DNA of 63,700 bases, the filler included, from Dimorphilus gyrociliatus (Eukaryota; Animalia; Annelida), in NCBI GenBank assembly GCA_904063045.1. It is 3 parts of 3 records of this genome, joined end to end, with 100 filler letters (N's around TTAATTAATTAA, not from the genome) between each part and the next. Parts side by side here need not be neighbours in the genome. Positions count along the whole stretch, not along the records: positions 1 to 26,353 come from CAJFCJ010000156.1; 2 more parts are not named here. One strand, given 5' to 3'. Shown here piece after piece: positions 12,310 through 24,290 of this stretch. Each line of letters begins with the position of its first letter. Positions within the stretch are counted from its first letter, which is position 1. The translations under genes were made by a program, and so were the position numbers. Below the pieces are notes generated by a model, which saw only the letters and a program-made list of their open reading frames with translations, made no database searches and was not told the DNA's origin.

Positions 12310-13463
12310 GGCAAGATGGAACTTAGGATCCCCTTCGATCAAAAATTGATTTTTTTGGAAATATGGAGAAATTGAAGAGAAGGGGATAAAAATAAAATAA
12401 AAAAAATTTTTTTTACAACATTTCTAAAATATTGTTATTATAAAAACAAATTATATTAACCTTCTAATGAACCATAGGGAATTAGTTTTAGCAACTTCAG
12501 ATAAAAATAAATGTGTTGAATTTTTATTAGATAAAGGTTTTATTAGTAGATATAAGATATGCACCAAATGTATCAATAAAAGAGCCACTATTGTACAATA
12601 TAAAGATTTTTACAGGTATAAGTGTAGTTCATGTAAAAGTGCGATTTCTTTATATGAAAATACCATCCTGAAAAATTCAAAAATTAAAATTAATGTATTC
12701 ATTGATTTTCTATATTTTTATATGCATACGAATTTAAATAAAAATGAATTAGCGAATGAACTCCAAGATTTGTCGCTAAAGTCCGTATGTAAATGGACTC
12801 AAAAAATAGACGAAAAAATTTATTCATTTATGATAAGTAGTGAAAATGAGATGATAGGAGGACCTGGTCATATAGTACAGATAGATGAAAGTATGTTTTC
12901 TAAAAGAAAGTATAATGTAGGTAGGCTTCTTAAAAAAAAGTGGGTGATTGGTGGTATAGATATCTATACGAAGAAAACATTTTTTGTTGAAGTGACTGAT
13001 AGGAAAAAGGAAACAATCAATGACATAGTTACAAGGTATGTACATCGAGATAGCATTATTTATACCGACGAGTGGCCTGGATACATAAAACTAGAAGAGC
13101 TAGGCTATATACATGACACCGTTAATCATGATAGAGAGTTTATAGATCCATATACTGGAGCGAATACACAGTCAATAGAAAACACTTGGGGTGTTATAAA
13201 AAGGTATATTCGACGTAATTGTATTAACATACATAATAATTTTGATTTTGTTATTTCCAGATGGATATTTAGAAAAAAGTATGAAAAAGAGGCGTTTCTG
13301 AAACTAATCTCAATAATTTTTAATTAAAAAGAGCTAAAATAGTATTTTAGAAATGTTGTAAAAAAAATTTTTTTATTTTATTTTTATCCCCTTCTCTTCA
13401 ATTTCTCCATATTTCCAAAAAAATCAATTTTTGATCGAAGGGGATCCTAAGTTCCATCTTGCC
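12310..13463 (+). mobile_element. Merlin (ISXO2-like) DNA transposon, apparently intact
   Basis: Near-perfect ~120-bp TIRs GGCAAGATGGAACTTAGGATCCCC.../...GGGATCCTAAGTTCCATCTTGCC. Target duplication AGAAAGT (7 bp; 8 bp CAGAAAGT if the terminal C is shared or under-called). Confidence 0.95.
12467..13327 (+). CDS. Merlin/ISXO2 transposase (286 aa)
   Basis: N-terminal CxxC pairs, GGPGHIVQIDES, KYNVGR, IYTDEWPGY, HDTVNH, TQSIENTW. DDE triad intact. Confidence 0.95.
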   Translation: MNHRELVLATSDKNKCVEFLLDKGFISRYKICTKCINKRATIVQYKDFYRYKCSSCKSAISLYENTILKNSKIKINVFIDFLYFYMHTNLNKNELANELQDLSLKSVCKWTQKIDEKIYSFMISSENEMIGGPGHIVQIDESMFSKRKYNVGRLLKKKWVIGGIDIYTKKTFFVEVTDRKKETINDIVTRYVHRDSIIYTDEWPGYIKLEELGYIHDTVNHDREFIDPYTGANTQSIENTWGVIKRYIRRNCINIHNNFDFVISRWIFRKKYEKEAFLKLISIIFN

Positions 13464-14599
13464 AGAAAGTTATTAGTAACTTCTTCTGTTTTAGTTTTAA
13501 CTTGATCTGCTATGTTAGCTGCTTCTCTTTCTGTGCGATTATGCTTTATGAAAGTTATATTTTGTGATAACTCTTGCTTAGAAGCGTATTTTGATATTCT
13601 GCCATATTTATCTTCAGGCATTATTACGAAGCAATGTGTTTTGCCTTTAAGTCCTTTTGGCCTGAATAACGTAGTTTAATTTTTTTGTCTATATTGTACG
13701 CGAATTTGCCAATATTATTGGAAATTGAGTCTTGCATCTCATATCCATACTCACCGGCCAATGCCTGCAAGAGTACGTTCTGGAAGAAACAAGAAAAGAA
13801 AACAACATTTCATCTGGTTTAGAATTCTTTATAAACTCGGGTTTGTTTTCATATCGCACTTTAATACGGCGTCTTTGGTTATATCAACCATTGAAAGAAT
13901 TTCAGTGAGATAAAGCCATCTGCACCTTTATACCCTGTAGTTGAAGGACTAGCATCCAAATGTGAAGCATTATTTTGGGATTCGCTTTCTGTTGAGCTAT
14001 CGTCTGAAATTGGAACAAACTCATCTTCTGTTCCACTAGTTTTATTCAAATTATTTAGTTGTTGTCTTCTGTCAGTAGTACAGATTATTGATAAGAGGTA
14101 AAGTAAAAACATAAATGGGTTTTCAAAAATTCTTTTATAGACTTCCGATGACGTCACGTTTTTTTAGAAAAGTGTTACACACTTATAATTACAAATTAGA
14201 TGTTATATCTTAATTTTATGAAGGTAAGAAAAAAAAGCTGAATAAATTAGGAAACTGCCTTTTTAGTAAAAAGGAGAAAAGGGAATAAAAATTATTCGAT
14301 AGTTTTATTCTAAAGTTATTAAAAGTGATTGGAAACTGAAATATGTCATCAAAATGTTTTTGTAATTTTTAAAAAGTTTAAATTAAAAGTAAATTTTACC
14401 AAAAATTTTTGTAAGTGACATTAGAAAAAGAGGGCATGTGGACTAAAGTAAGTTTTTTAAAATTTAAAAGATAAATAAATTATAAATTTAATTGAGTTCG
14501 TCAAATTCGATTTCATAATCATTACTTGATAATAAAATAAACACTTCATTCAATCTTTTAAATTTATCCAATTTTTTAAACCAAAGACATCGTAAAAGA

Positions 14600-14930
14600 T
14601 AAAAAAATTGCAAATCTTTACAATTTATATGCTTTCTTATATGTTTCCTTGTATAATTCCATAAATATTCAATGTTTTGGGTGTGTATTTTTAAATTATC
14701 CGGAATTACAAAGAATCTATTATGATTAATACTATCGTGAATGAGCTCATATTCTAGCTATCCCAATTCAGATCCATAGAATTTTCATTGATCCGTTATA
14801 AACTTTGTTCCTAGTAAAATATTTTCTAATATAATACTTTTTATCATTTGAGCTCTTCTATCAGGAACCTGAATTACAAATATATTGCTTGTTCCACGTT
14901 CTATTTCTCTTATATCCCTCTTCTATTATT
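14600..14930 (-). pseudogene. Merlin transposase C-terminal remnant C
   Basis: Minus-strand IERGTSNIFVIQVPDRRA..ITDQ*KFY..INHNRFFV..HTQNIEYLW. The 5' half is missing at the left TIR of the next Merlin. Confidence 0.8.
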
Positions 14931-14951
14931 ATTTGATTTTAAGGAAAAAAC

Positions 14952-15940
14952 GGTAAAATTTGCTTTGGGGGACCCCCTTAAAATTAAATTATATTGAACC
15001 CTAATGACTTTAACACGTAGAGAACTTTATGAGAAAACAATCTGTCGTGAAAGTTTCTTGTCATGGTTGATGGATTTAAATATACTGAAAAAAAGTCATA
15101 AGTGTAAAACATGTAAAATAAGCATGATTTTAATTAATCATCATAGAGGAGATGGTTATATTTGGTCTTGTAAGTCCAAGAAGTGTAATAAAAGTAAATT
15201 ATCAGTTCGTACAGGGTCTGTTTTCGCTGGAATTAAGGCTCCACTTGAAAAAATTATTTTTATTATTTATGAATGGTGCGCTAAGACCAACTATGATAGG
15301 ATTAAAAGAGAATACAACATCAATTATAAGCTATTCAGCACAGTTTTAGGTTTGATAAGACAATCTTATAATAGAAAAAATAGCAAGCTGATCGGAGGGG
15401 ATGGAAAAGTGGTTGAAATAGATGAAAGTGCACTGAGCAAACGTAAATACAATATAGGAAGAGGATTAGAACAGGTATGGGTTGTCGGAGGGATATGTAG
15501 AATAACGAAAGAGTGTTTTTTTGAAATTACCAAAAAAAAAGATAGTGCAACTCTCGATAAAATCATATTAGATAATGTTAAAGAATATTCGGTAATCATA
15601 ACAGACGAGTGGAAAGGCTATTGTAACGTAAAAGCACATAACTATGCCCACTTTACAGTAAAGCATAAAACTGAATTTCTTTGTAAAGAAATGAAGGAAG
15701 TCCACACTCAGAATATTGAAAACCAGTGGAAGTGGCTGAAAAAGTACCTTAAATCTCGAGGAAGTAATATAAAATGCAATCTTAAAGATCATATCAATGA
15801 TTATTTATTTCTAAAAAAGAAAATCCTTTTTCAGAAATTATTAACTCGATGAAAGTTCTTGAAATAAAAAAAATTTTTAAAAATGGTGCTGGTTTAATTC
15901 TATACTTAATTTTAAGGGGTCCCCCAAAGCAAATTTTACC
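14952..15940 (+). mobile_element. Merlin DNA transposon with short (~36-bp) TIRs
   Basis: GGTAAAATTTGCTTTGGGGGACCCC(C)TTAAAATTAA at both ends. Flanks GAAAAAAC and GAAAAATT give only a 6/8 TSD match. Confidence 0.92.
15004..15852 (+). CDS. Merlin/ISXO2 transposase (282 aa)
   Basis: GGDGKVVEIDES, KYNIGR, IITDEWKGY and HTQNIENQW, with the DDE triad present. Confidence 0.93.
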   Translation: MTLTRRELYEKTICRESFLSWLMDLNILKKSHKCKTCKISMILINHHRGDGYIWSCKSKKCNKSKLSVRTGSVFAGIKAPLEKIIFIIYEWCAKTNYDRIKREYNINYKLFSTVLGLIRQSYNRKNSKLIGGDGKVVEIDESALSKRKYNIGRGLEQVWVVGGICRITKECFFEITKKKDSATLDKIILDNVKEYSVIITDEWKGYCNVKAHNYAHFTVKHKTEFLCKEMKEVHTQNIENQWKWLKKYLKSRGSNIKCNLKDHINDYLFLKKKILFQKLLTR

Positions 15941-17197
15941 GAAAAATTTTATGATCAATTTAAATACAAGTTATCTCAGCAAAACCTTTTTGACTGTAAA
16001 AAAGTGATTAGATCATAACTTTAAAATCCTCCAATAAGGTATAAATTCAATCTAATCCCCTTTATGGCTAGAAACATCAATAAAGAAACAGGGTGGAAAG
16101 CAAATTGCTTTATAAGAAAATTTCAAGTATTTAGATATTAGTGATAAAATAAGACTAGCTATATCAACAGTTCGCAAAATAATAAAAAAATATACCAATA
16201 ATAATACTATAGAACATTTAAGAGGGAATGGTCGTCCATACAAGTTATCCAAAAGTATCAAACTTCATTTATTAATCTTAATAATGAAAAAGATTTTTTT
16301 CAACAAGAGATAGCAGAAAAAATACAAATAGTATGTAATTCAATATTTCACATACTCTGTAAAAATTACGTGAATAAATGACATCGAAGCCTTTACACCA
16401 TGTTCTAAGCCACTCTTACAACCAAGGCATATCAAAGCTAGATACGATGCAAGTAGAGGTGGATAAAAATACCAAAACGATTATAGTCTCAGATAAGTCA
16501 AAATTTAACCTTGCCTACAACGATGGAAGTCTAAAAGTATGGTGTACAAAGTCTTTTAAACTTGATATTCAAACATCAAGAAAACTTTAAAATTTGGAGG
16601 TGGTTCTGTGATTGTTTGGGGCTATTTTCATATCATGGTGTTGGTGTACTAAAATTCATAGATAAAAGATGGATGCCGCATACTATCCAGCTCTTTCTTA
16701 ACTCTGTTAAAAAAATGCGATATAAAGAGTATATTTTTGTGCAAGACAATGCCAAAACATACAAAAAGCTTACAATTGATTTTTTTTTTCAGAAATAATA
16801 GCAAAGTACCCTTGACCAGCCCAATCACCTGACTAAACCTATAGAACATCTGTGGGCTATTATAAAGCGTAGAATAGGGCAGAAAACATTCAAAAAAAAA
16901 CGATCTAAAAGAAGCTATAATTAAAGAATGGAATTCAATATTAACAGAAGTATGTAGGAAATTAACTTTGGATCTTCCAAAAAACTACTTATCTGGCATA
17001 TAAAGCAAAAGGCGGATTTACTAATAAATAATTTTTTATTGGGATAAATGTATTTAAGCTAATCATAAAATTTTTCAAAATTACACTTGCTAGTACCATG
17101 ATTATTATTCATTCTTCTAAGATATTATGTAATATAAAAGTGTTATTTTCATAGGTTTTTTAATAAATTTTCTTGTTCACTTTTTTTTTACAGACTG
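15941..17197 (+). mobile_element. Degenerate Tc1 element, copy 2 (left arm truncated)
   Basis: Homologous to 10164-11450 from the middle of its left arm. ATG at 16064, QDNAK and PAQSPD remnants. The right arm ends CAGACTG|TA at 17197 and is the reverse complement of the left arm of copy 1. Confidence 0.88.
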
Positions 17198-17849
17198 TAT
17201 ATAATGCACCTTTTTATTCTATCAAGAAAGGAAGAATTAATAAGAGAAATAACACCTAATTTGAAATATTAAAAATTTATAAAAAGTTTAATATCAGAAG
17301 TTTTTCATTGAAAAGAATTATAAATAATCTTATGTTTATTATAATAACAAACAACAGTTTATTAAGTTCAAATGAATCAAAAAATTATAATTTTTAAATT
17401 TGAAAATAGAAATTTTATCAAAATTAAAAAAAAATTAAATAAATTAAAAAACACCTTCTTTGCCAAAATTTGAATTTTATTGTTTTTTATTGATTGATCT
17501 TTTTCTGAACTCTATTTTTTCTTAATGTAAAATACTTTTCTAATATTTTAACACTATAAAAATATTTCATCTTTTAGTAATTTAATTTTCTATATATGTT
17601 AAATATAGATTTTCATATCATTGAAACTAAAATATAATAATATCATCACTTCCAAGATCTTCAAATCATATTAAATCAAAATACAATTTAAATATGTACT
17701 GTTGTACTCAAAATGTATAAGATATTTTAATTTATGAATAATAAAAATTAATTTTACGTTTGCAAAAAAAAATCAACACTTTCTATATTTGGAAATAAAA
17801 CTGCCATATAACTATAAAAAGTTTCTGAGCAAAGACCCTAATGATAACC

Positions 17850-20800
17850 AAAACTTAAGATATACTGAATACCTGAGGACATGTTTTAATAAACAAGCTT
17901 GGATCTTCTGACCCTCTAAAAATTGAAGAAGCTCTAATATAATAATCTACTTTAAAGTAAACCAAAACCATTTATAAATAATATAGCCAACTTATTACAA
18001 CTAATAATAAACATTTGGAGTTGGTTTGGAATATTTTCTTTTATTGGAAAATTGAAGAACTTATACCAAAATTTGTAATAGGTTTGGTAAACGTGATTAA
18101 TAGTAGTTTGATTGGTAATGAAACGTTTATCAAAAACGAAATCAACCTAATAACTTTTTAGAAGAAGTAAAATTTGTTCTTTTTTCCTTTCAAAAAGATT
18201 CTACAAATTAAAAATTATATTGAGAATATATTCAAATCTGATTAAAATTCAATATTTCAACATTAATTATTTATTAGAAATTGCCAATAGTGAAGAAAAC
18301 CAATCAATAAAAAATAGTTTTAAAATAGTAAAAAATATTGATATAATCAAACTAGACCGTTAATTGATATAATTGAAAGATATAATTTAAATATATACAA
18401 AATATTCTCTTATATTACAGAAGATAGTTTTATAGAAAATAAATGGAATTGTATAATTTCTTATGAAAAGAATAGATTTGATGAGAAAATATACTTTATG
18501 GACAGTAATTACGATTTTAAATTATTTAATAGTGAGTTTGATTCTTTAAAAATAGAGCAGATTAAAGAATTACAAAATATTTTTCTATTTAAATATGAAA
18601 CATTATTCACTAAACGGTATGAAGTATTAAATTTGATATTAAATCGTAGTTCAGATAGCATAAAAAACAGTATTCTGTAAATTATATAGACAATGATGGT
18701 GAGAATTGGGTGAAAAATTTGATCTTAATATGTTCGATTTGAGTCTAATAGGAAATTCCCTTCAGAAAAAAAAAGAATTTCTTTGTAAAAACGTAGATAA
18801 AATAAAGAAAGATCTTACAAATGAAGAGAAACTATCATTAATATATGATGGAAACATTTTAAATTTTGACTATCATGATGATAATAGGCCAAGCTATATA
18901 GATCTCATACAACATGCTTCTATAATTTCATTTAAATTAAATGAAGAATGCTTAGAATGTCTTAAGAACGAAATTCTTAAATATACTCTACAAGAAAATG
19001 AAAATATTTTCAATGAATCATTTCTATACGACATTCTTAACGCATTTGATGAAAAAATCATTGAAAAATACCTAAAAGACACTAAATTTCTACAAAATGA
19101 GTTAGTCTTCTTTAAATATCCACATTTATTAACAGATGAAATTTTTGAAAAAGTTGAAGATAAACATCTCTATTACCAGTAATGAATGAAAAACAGTTAC
19201 AGTTATACAAGGATAATATGAATTTAGAAAAAATAGAATTTTACTTTTATGATATAATTTCTAACTCTGTTGTTTTTGAAAACCTTTAGAAGTAAATAAA
19301 AAATCATTAGCAAGTTTATACAACAATTTACAACTTTCTAATGATAATAAAATAGTAGAAGCACCAAAATATTTACATGGAAGCAAGTTAAATGAGTATT
19401 ATAATAAGAATGTATTTGAAAAAATAAAATACCAATACTTTTACAAAAGAATGGAATATTTTAAAAAGTTTACTTTTTACCCAAACTCTAAAATTTTTAC
19501 TGAATGTATTGATTGTAATTTCTGGCTTAAATTCGAGGAATTCCCAATTGATAACATCTTTGACGTGTTAAATAATATAGAAATAAACAGATCATTGTTT
19601 TATCAGGATACCTTAATAGATATTCATTCATACAAAAACAAGATTTTTGAATGTTCTATACAAGACGATGACATGAAATTGGTCGGTAAACTAAAAAGAG
19701 AACTTAAGAAGTATCTAAGAATTACTAACAAACAACATATTCTGCTAAATATTGTTGAAAGTTTACTAAATGATACCAATAAAGACTCATATGATAATTA
19801 TCATATGTCTATACGTAGAGGAATAGATAAAGAATTATTGCTTAAACAACTTAATAATTTCTATAAACTAGACTTTTTACACAAAAAAGGTTCTATTCCT
19901 TTGGAAGTGTTTGTGTTTAAAGTAGCTTATACTCATTATTTAGAATATAATATTAGATTTGAAGATATTAGAAGATTCGTTTCTTCTGAATTGATAGATA
20001 TTTTAACAAATCCTCTTTTAAAGAAGTTTTTAATGAGAGATCTTTCTGACGAAGAAACCGAATCAATGAAAAGTGCTGTAGAATTGCTAATAAATATTAT
20101 AAAAGAGTATAATTTTAATAACTTGGAATTATTCACAAAAATAAAACAGGAATTTAACTTTCAATATGACAAAGAAGTGTTTTATATGTTGATTTTATCA
20201 AGAAAGTTTATAATTAGTAAAATTAAGAACCCGAAATATGAGATACAAACATTTGATTTTTATAAAGAAAAGCTGAGATTTGATATAACTAATTTGGCTA
20301 TTAGAAGATCCCAAATAGAACAAGTGTGTGTATTTTTTAATGAATCTGATATAGATAAACATTTAATTAGTTCATTTTCATATACAATTCAATATAAAGA
20401 TATTTCAAAGAAAGCAGAAAGTTTTTGTCAAAACTTTATAAATTTACTTTCCGATTTTTATGTAAAGTTTATGAAGAATTCAGGCGATATAAATACAAAC
20501 CAGAAACATAACTCTATAGATGTGGAGATGTTTGCATTCTTTTCTATTTTAAATGGTGTATATCAAAACCATTTATCATTTTCTTTAAAATGTTTTAAAA
20601 GCAATAAAAGAGATACAAAATGCAGAATATTGTATTATGATTGATGAAACCTTATCATGTTATTACAAAAAAGGAGTAGTTAGTGATTTACTTAGCAGAA
20701 ATAATTACATCAATTATTTTATGACTTTTTCGGAAGACCTTCCTCTATTTAGATTTTATTTCCAAATTTTAGTGAAACTTTATTTGACTTTAAAAGTAAA

Positions 20801-21315
20801 TTCAATCAAAAAGAATCTTATTTAAAGATTAATAAAAGTCTATGCCTAAACTTCGATCATAATTTATACTTAAAATCTATATATAATGAAATAGAATATC
20901 CAATAAAAGATATAGAAAAGGTAATTGAAGAAATGATAACAACTTGTCAGTCAAAATTAAATATCAACTGTCTAAGCAAAAAACAATTGAGTGTAACTTA
21001 ACAATACCTTTAGATCCTTTATCTAAAGCATATTTTAAAGAAGAAGACCAATTAACATTAAAGTATAACACTTATTTAGCAAAAACAAATAAATACTCAT
21101 CTATTATACTAAAACTAAAAAGTCATTATAACGAAGTAAATAAGGGTTTAAATGAATGTTTAATATGTTATTCTAAGTTCATGAGAGTTAATGAATCTCT
21201 ATCAAACGTTGGATGTGATACTTGTAACAATAGTTATCATAGTAGTTGTATAAAAAAATGGTTTGAGGTAGGTAGAAATACCTGTCCGCTATGTCGAAAA
21301 GAGATAAAAAATTAA
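17850..21315 (+). CDS. LTN1: E3 ubiquitin ligase Listerin (LTN1/RKR1), broken by multiple frameshifts; 5' boundary approximate
   Basis: C-terminal C4HC3 RING ECLICY..CDTC..YHSSCIKKWF..CPLCR preceded by an RWD-like segment. N-terminal LINKLGSSDPLKIEEAL resembles the LTN1 N-domain. Track ORFs 18498, 18706, 19451, 20637 and 20944 are colinear pieces. Confidence 0.75.
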
Positions 21316-22669
21316 CTTTAAGGGTTCAATAAACTTTTATTGACTGTTTTTAGATGAATATTAGTAATCTAAAACAAAGTTAAAATTGAATACAAAGTTT
21401 ATTATCATCTGTTTTAATTAAACTGGATTTACTTTTTAAACACTTTTTAACCACTAGTTTTAATTATTTCTAGAATACAATAAAAATTAGCCAATAATTA
21501 TAAGATAAACTAAATAAATATTTTTGTTCAATTATTTTAGACAATTTTTCAAATTTCTTATCAAATATCCTAATCCAGATCTTATAATAATAGTTTTTAA
21601 TATTTACAGATTATTGAAATAACTAATTTAATAGACACTTTATATAAACAAAAAAAAACCTTAGGAATTTTTTTTCAATTTTATACTTTTTTCAAACAAT
21701 TTCCTACTTTAAATAAACTAGTTTTTGTAGGATTATATGTCTAAATTATTAAAACCTTTTATAGACTGATTTTTTTAAAGAGTTTTAATAAGACTCGATA
21801 TTTTGATGTATTTTGATTATAGATCTAAAAAATAGGATACGCCTGAGAGTGTCAAATATATAATTTATTAAACTGTATCTCTGTTATTATATTGTTTATT
21901 GCTGGTAAAAGAGTGTTTTTTCTTCAATCAAGATAACCTATGAACAACATTTTACTATAAATAATCAATATGTACAATACAAAGATCTTAATAGGTACAT
22001 CAATGTCTTTTCCACTATTAAAAATATAGTCTTTTATCGACCAACAAATAGTTTTGTTTCTTTTCAGCATAATAAGGGAACATCGTAAAGCTTAGTAACT
22101 TTATTTCTTATTAATTTATAATTTTTGTCAACATAAATTGATATGCCTACATCACGTACTATTTTTTCCTATTAAATGTCTTAATCGAAGATTTCAGTAT
22201 AATTATAATACAGAGACAAATTGAATTTATCTTTATCTATAATAAACTATACAATCTGCTATTATCCCTATAAAATGTTTATCAATATTAACAGTAGAAT
22301 TTATCTTTAGAACATCTTCAGGTATAATCTATTATAAATATCAAACTTTAAAAAATACTTTTTTCTTTTAACTTTATTATTTTTTCATTTGTGGTATTAA
22401 ATAAATAACCTATAGTATTCTTATATAATGTAACTGGTTTATATAATATTTAAAATATAAAAAAAGAAGGATTAATAAGTGTTCTCTTCAATTAGTCCAT
22501 AGAATTCTTATGGATGTAAAGAAATTACTTAAGAGCTAATTCTTCCAATCGTATCCCTGAAATTAACATAGTATTACTTATTAAAGTTGTTTTATATCTT
22601 TTTTACTCAATAATTTTATAAGAATAACATCCAAATTTAAATTACAAAAACAAAAAACCATCAAGTTCT

Positions 22670-22960
22670 AAAAAAATAAATTTCTGATATTTTTAAAAAA
22701 ACTGTAAAACTAAGAAAAGTTATTGAAAAAAATTATAAACTTAAAAAAAATAAATTCTGATATTTTAGAAAAAATTGTGAAACTAAAAAATAATAAATTT
22801 TATTTTTATTAAAAACTATTAGAAAATAAATTTCTGATATTTTAAAAAAATTGTGGAACTAAAAAATAATAAATTTTATTTTTATTAAAAATTATTAAAA
22901 AAATAAATTTCTGATATTTTAAAAAAACTTTTAAAATTATTAAAAAAATAAATTTTTATT
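22670..22960. repeat. AT-rich tandem repeat, 4 copies of ~73-77 bp
   Basis: Core AAATAAATTTCTGATATTTT with CTGATATTTT at 22684, 22757, 22834 and 22911. Confidence 0.85.
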
Positions 22961-23256
22961 TATTTAGTGATTGATTAACTTTTTTATAATTTTTTCTTAC
23001 ATCATTTAAAGCAGTCGTTAAAAGTTTAGCTAAACCATATAGTTCTTCATCATAAGCTGCTTTCTGAAATCTTACGGTTTCCAATTTTGGTCTCTTAAAC
23101 TGATTATAATTTTTGAATTGGCCTCTTTTTATTTGTTTTTTATTTTAGAATAATAATAATTTTGTATTGGCATAAGGAGTTGAAAAATTCTCCTTTTTTA
23201 AATCAATGACAGTTAGAATATGATATTAAAAGATCAATAATTTTTTTTAGAATCAT
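22956..23256 (-). pseudogene. Possible small frameshifted gene inside the AT-rich island
   Basis: Coding-like stretch QIKRGQFKNYNQFKRPKLETVRFQKAAYDEELYGLAKLLTTALNDVRK*. It needs two frame changes to reach ATG 23256. Confidence 0.3.
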
Positions 23257-23404
23257 AAAATTTCAATATAAATGTTTTGTTAATTATGTTGGTTTGAATA
23301 TTTTATTTAGAATTTATGAAAATTTTTTATTATTTTTTAATTTTATGATTTTTTTATATAAAATTTAAAAAAGTTTATTTTTATGAAAATGGATTTTTTT
23401 TATT

Positions 23405-23640
23405 ATTTATGAATTTTTAATATAAAATATTTTTTATGTAAAAAAATACATTTTCTTTAATTTTTAATTGTTTTTGAATTTTTAATATAAAATTGTTTTA
23501 TTTAAAAAATTACATCTCTTAAACTTTCTTTTATAAAAATTAATTTTTTAATTGTTTTTGAATTTTTAATATAAAATTGTTTTTATTTAAAAAAATACAC
23601 TTCTCAAACTTTGTTTTATAAAAATTAATTTTTTAATGTT
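23405..23640. repeat. AT-rich tandem repeat, 2 good copies (84-bp period) plus 1 degenerate copy
   Basis: AATTGTTTTTGAATTTTTAATATAAAATTG at 23466 and 23550; partial copy near 23411. Confidence 0.8.
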
Positions 23641-24290
23641 TTTTTCATTTTTTCTGATATTAATATTCTATTATAGGAAATTTAATAATATTAACCAAAT
23701 TTTTAAAATTTTATTATTTTTTGAAAATCAGAATTTCTAATTTTATATAAAACGTAAATTATTTCAAATTTTACTAAAAAAGATTTATTAATTTTAATAA
23801 ACCCAAATTCTATTAGAAATTGTAAAAATTATTCTGATTCTTTATATTAATTGAAATAATACAATAATAATAATAATAAATAATTTAATAGATATTTATA
23901 TTTTTCTAAATAATTAAAATAGATTACAAATATATCTACTGATAAATTAACAAATAAAACGTTAGAATTTAAATATAAAGGATATTCTAAGTTTGATTCT
24001 ATAGACAATTATCTACATTTTAGTAGAAAATACACAGAAAAAATCAAATTGATGATTGTTCGTAAAAGGAAAATATTTCTAAAAATAGAATACTATTATG
24101 TAATAAAAGTCAGTAAAATACATGTTTCAAGTAATTTCAAGTTAAAATTTTTGATCATATAATTTAAAAATAATACAATTCAATAAAAACAAATAACAAA
24201 GAAAGTCATTTGTTTTTGTTACAATGTTGTTTCAAAAGGTTAGTAATTTTGATCACTTTTAATGAAATAAACAATTCATATCCCTCATTA

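Larger units (their letters stand above)
11606..14112 (-). pseudogene. Secreted serpin interrupted by a Merlin transposon
   Basis: Signal-like MFLLYLLSIICT (ATG 14112). NVVF..QNVLLQALAG, SIIYFKGTW, hinge DENGIEGAA and DKPYMVLV. Removing 12310-13463 plus one TSD copy restores the frame (EVTNNFL|SFDLD). Four -1 homopolymer shifts lie in the 5' part. Confidence 0.85.

Noticed and set aside
21850-22600. Possible degenerate minus-strand gene
   Set aside because: Codon-like patches but stops in all frames and no motif I can name.
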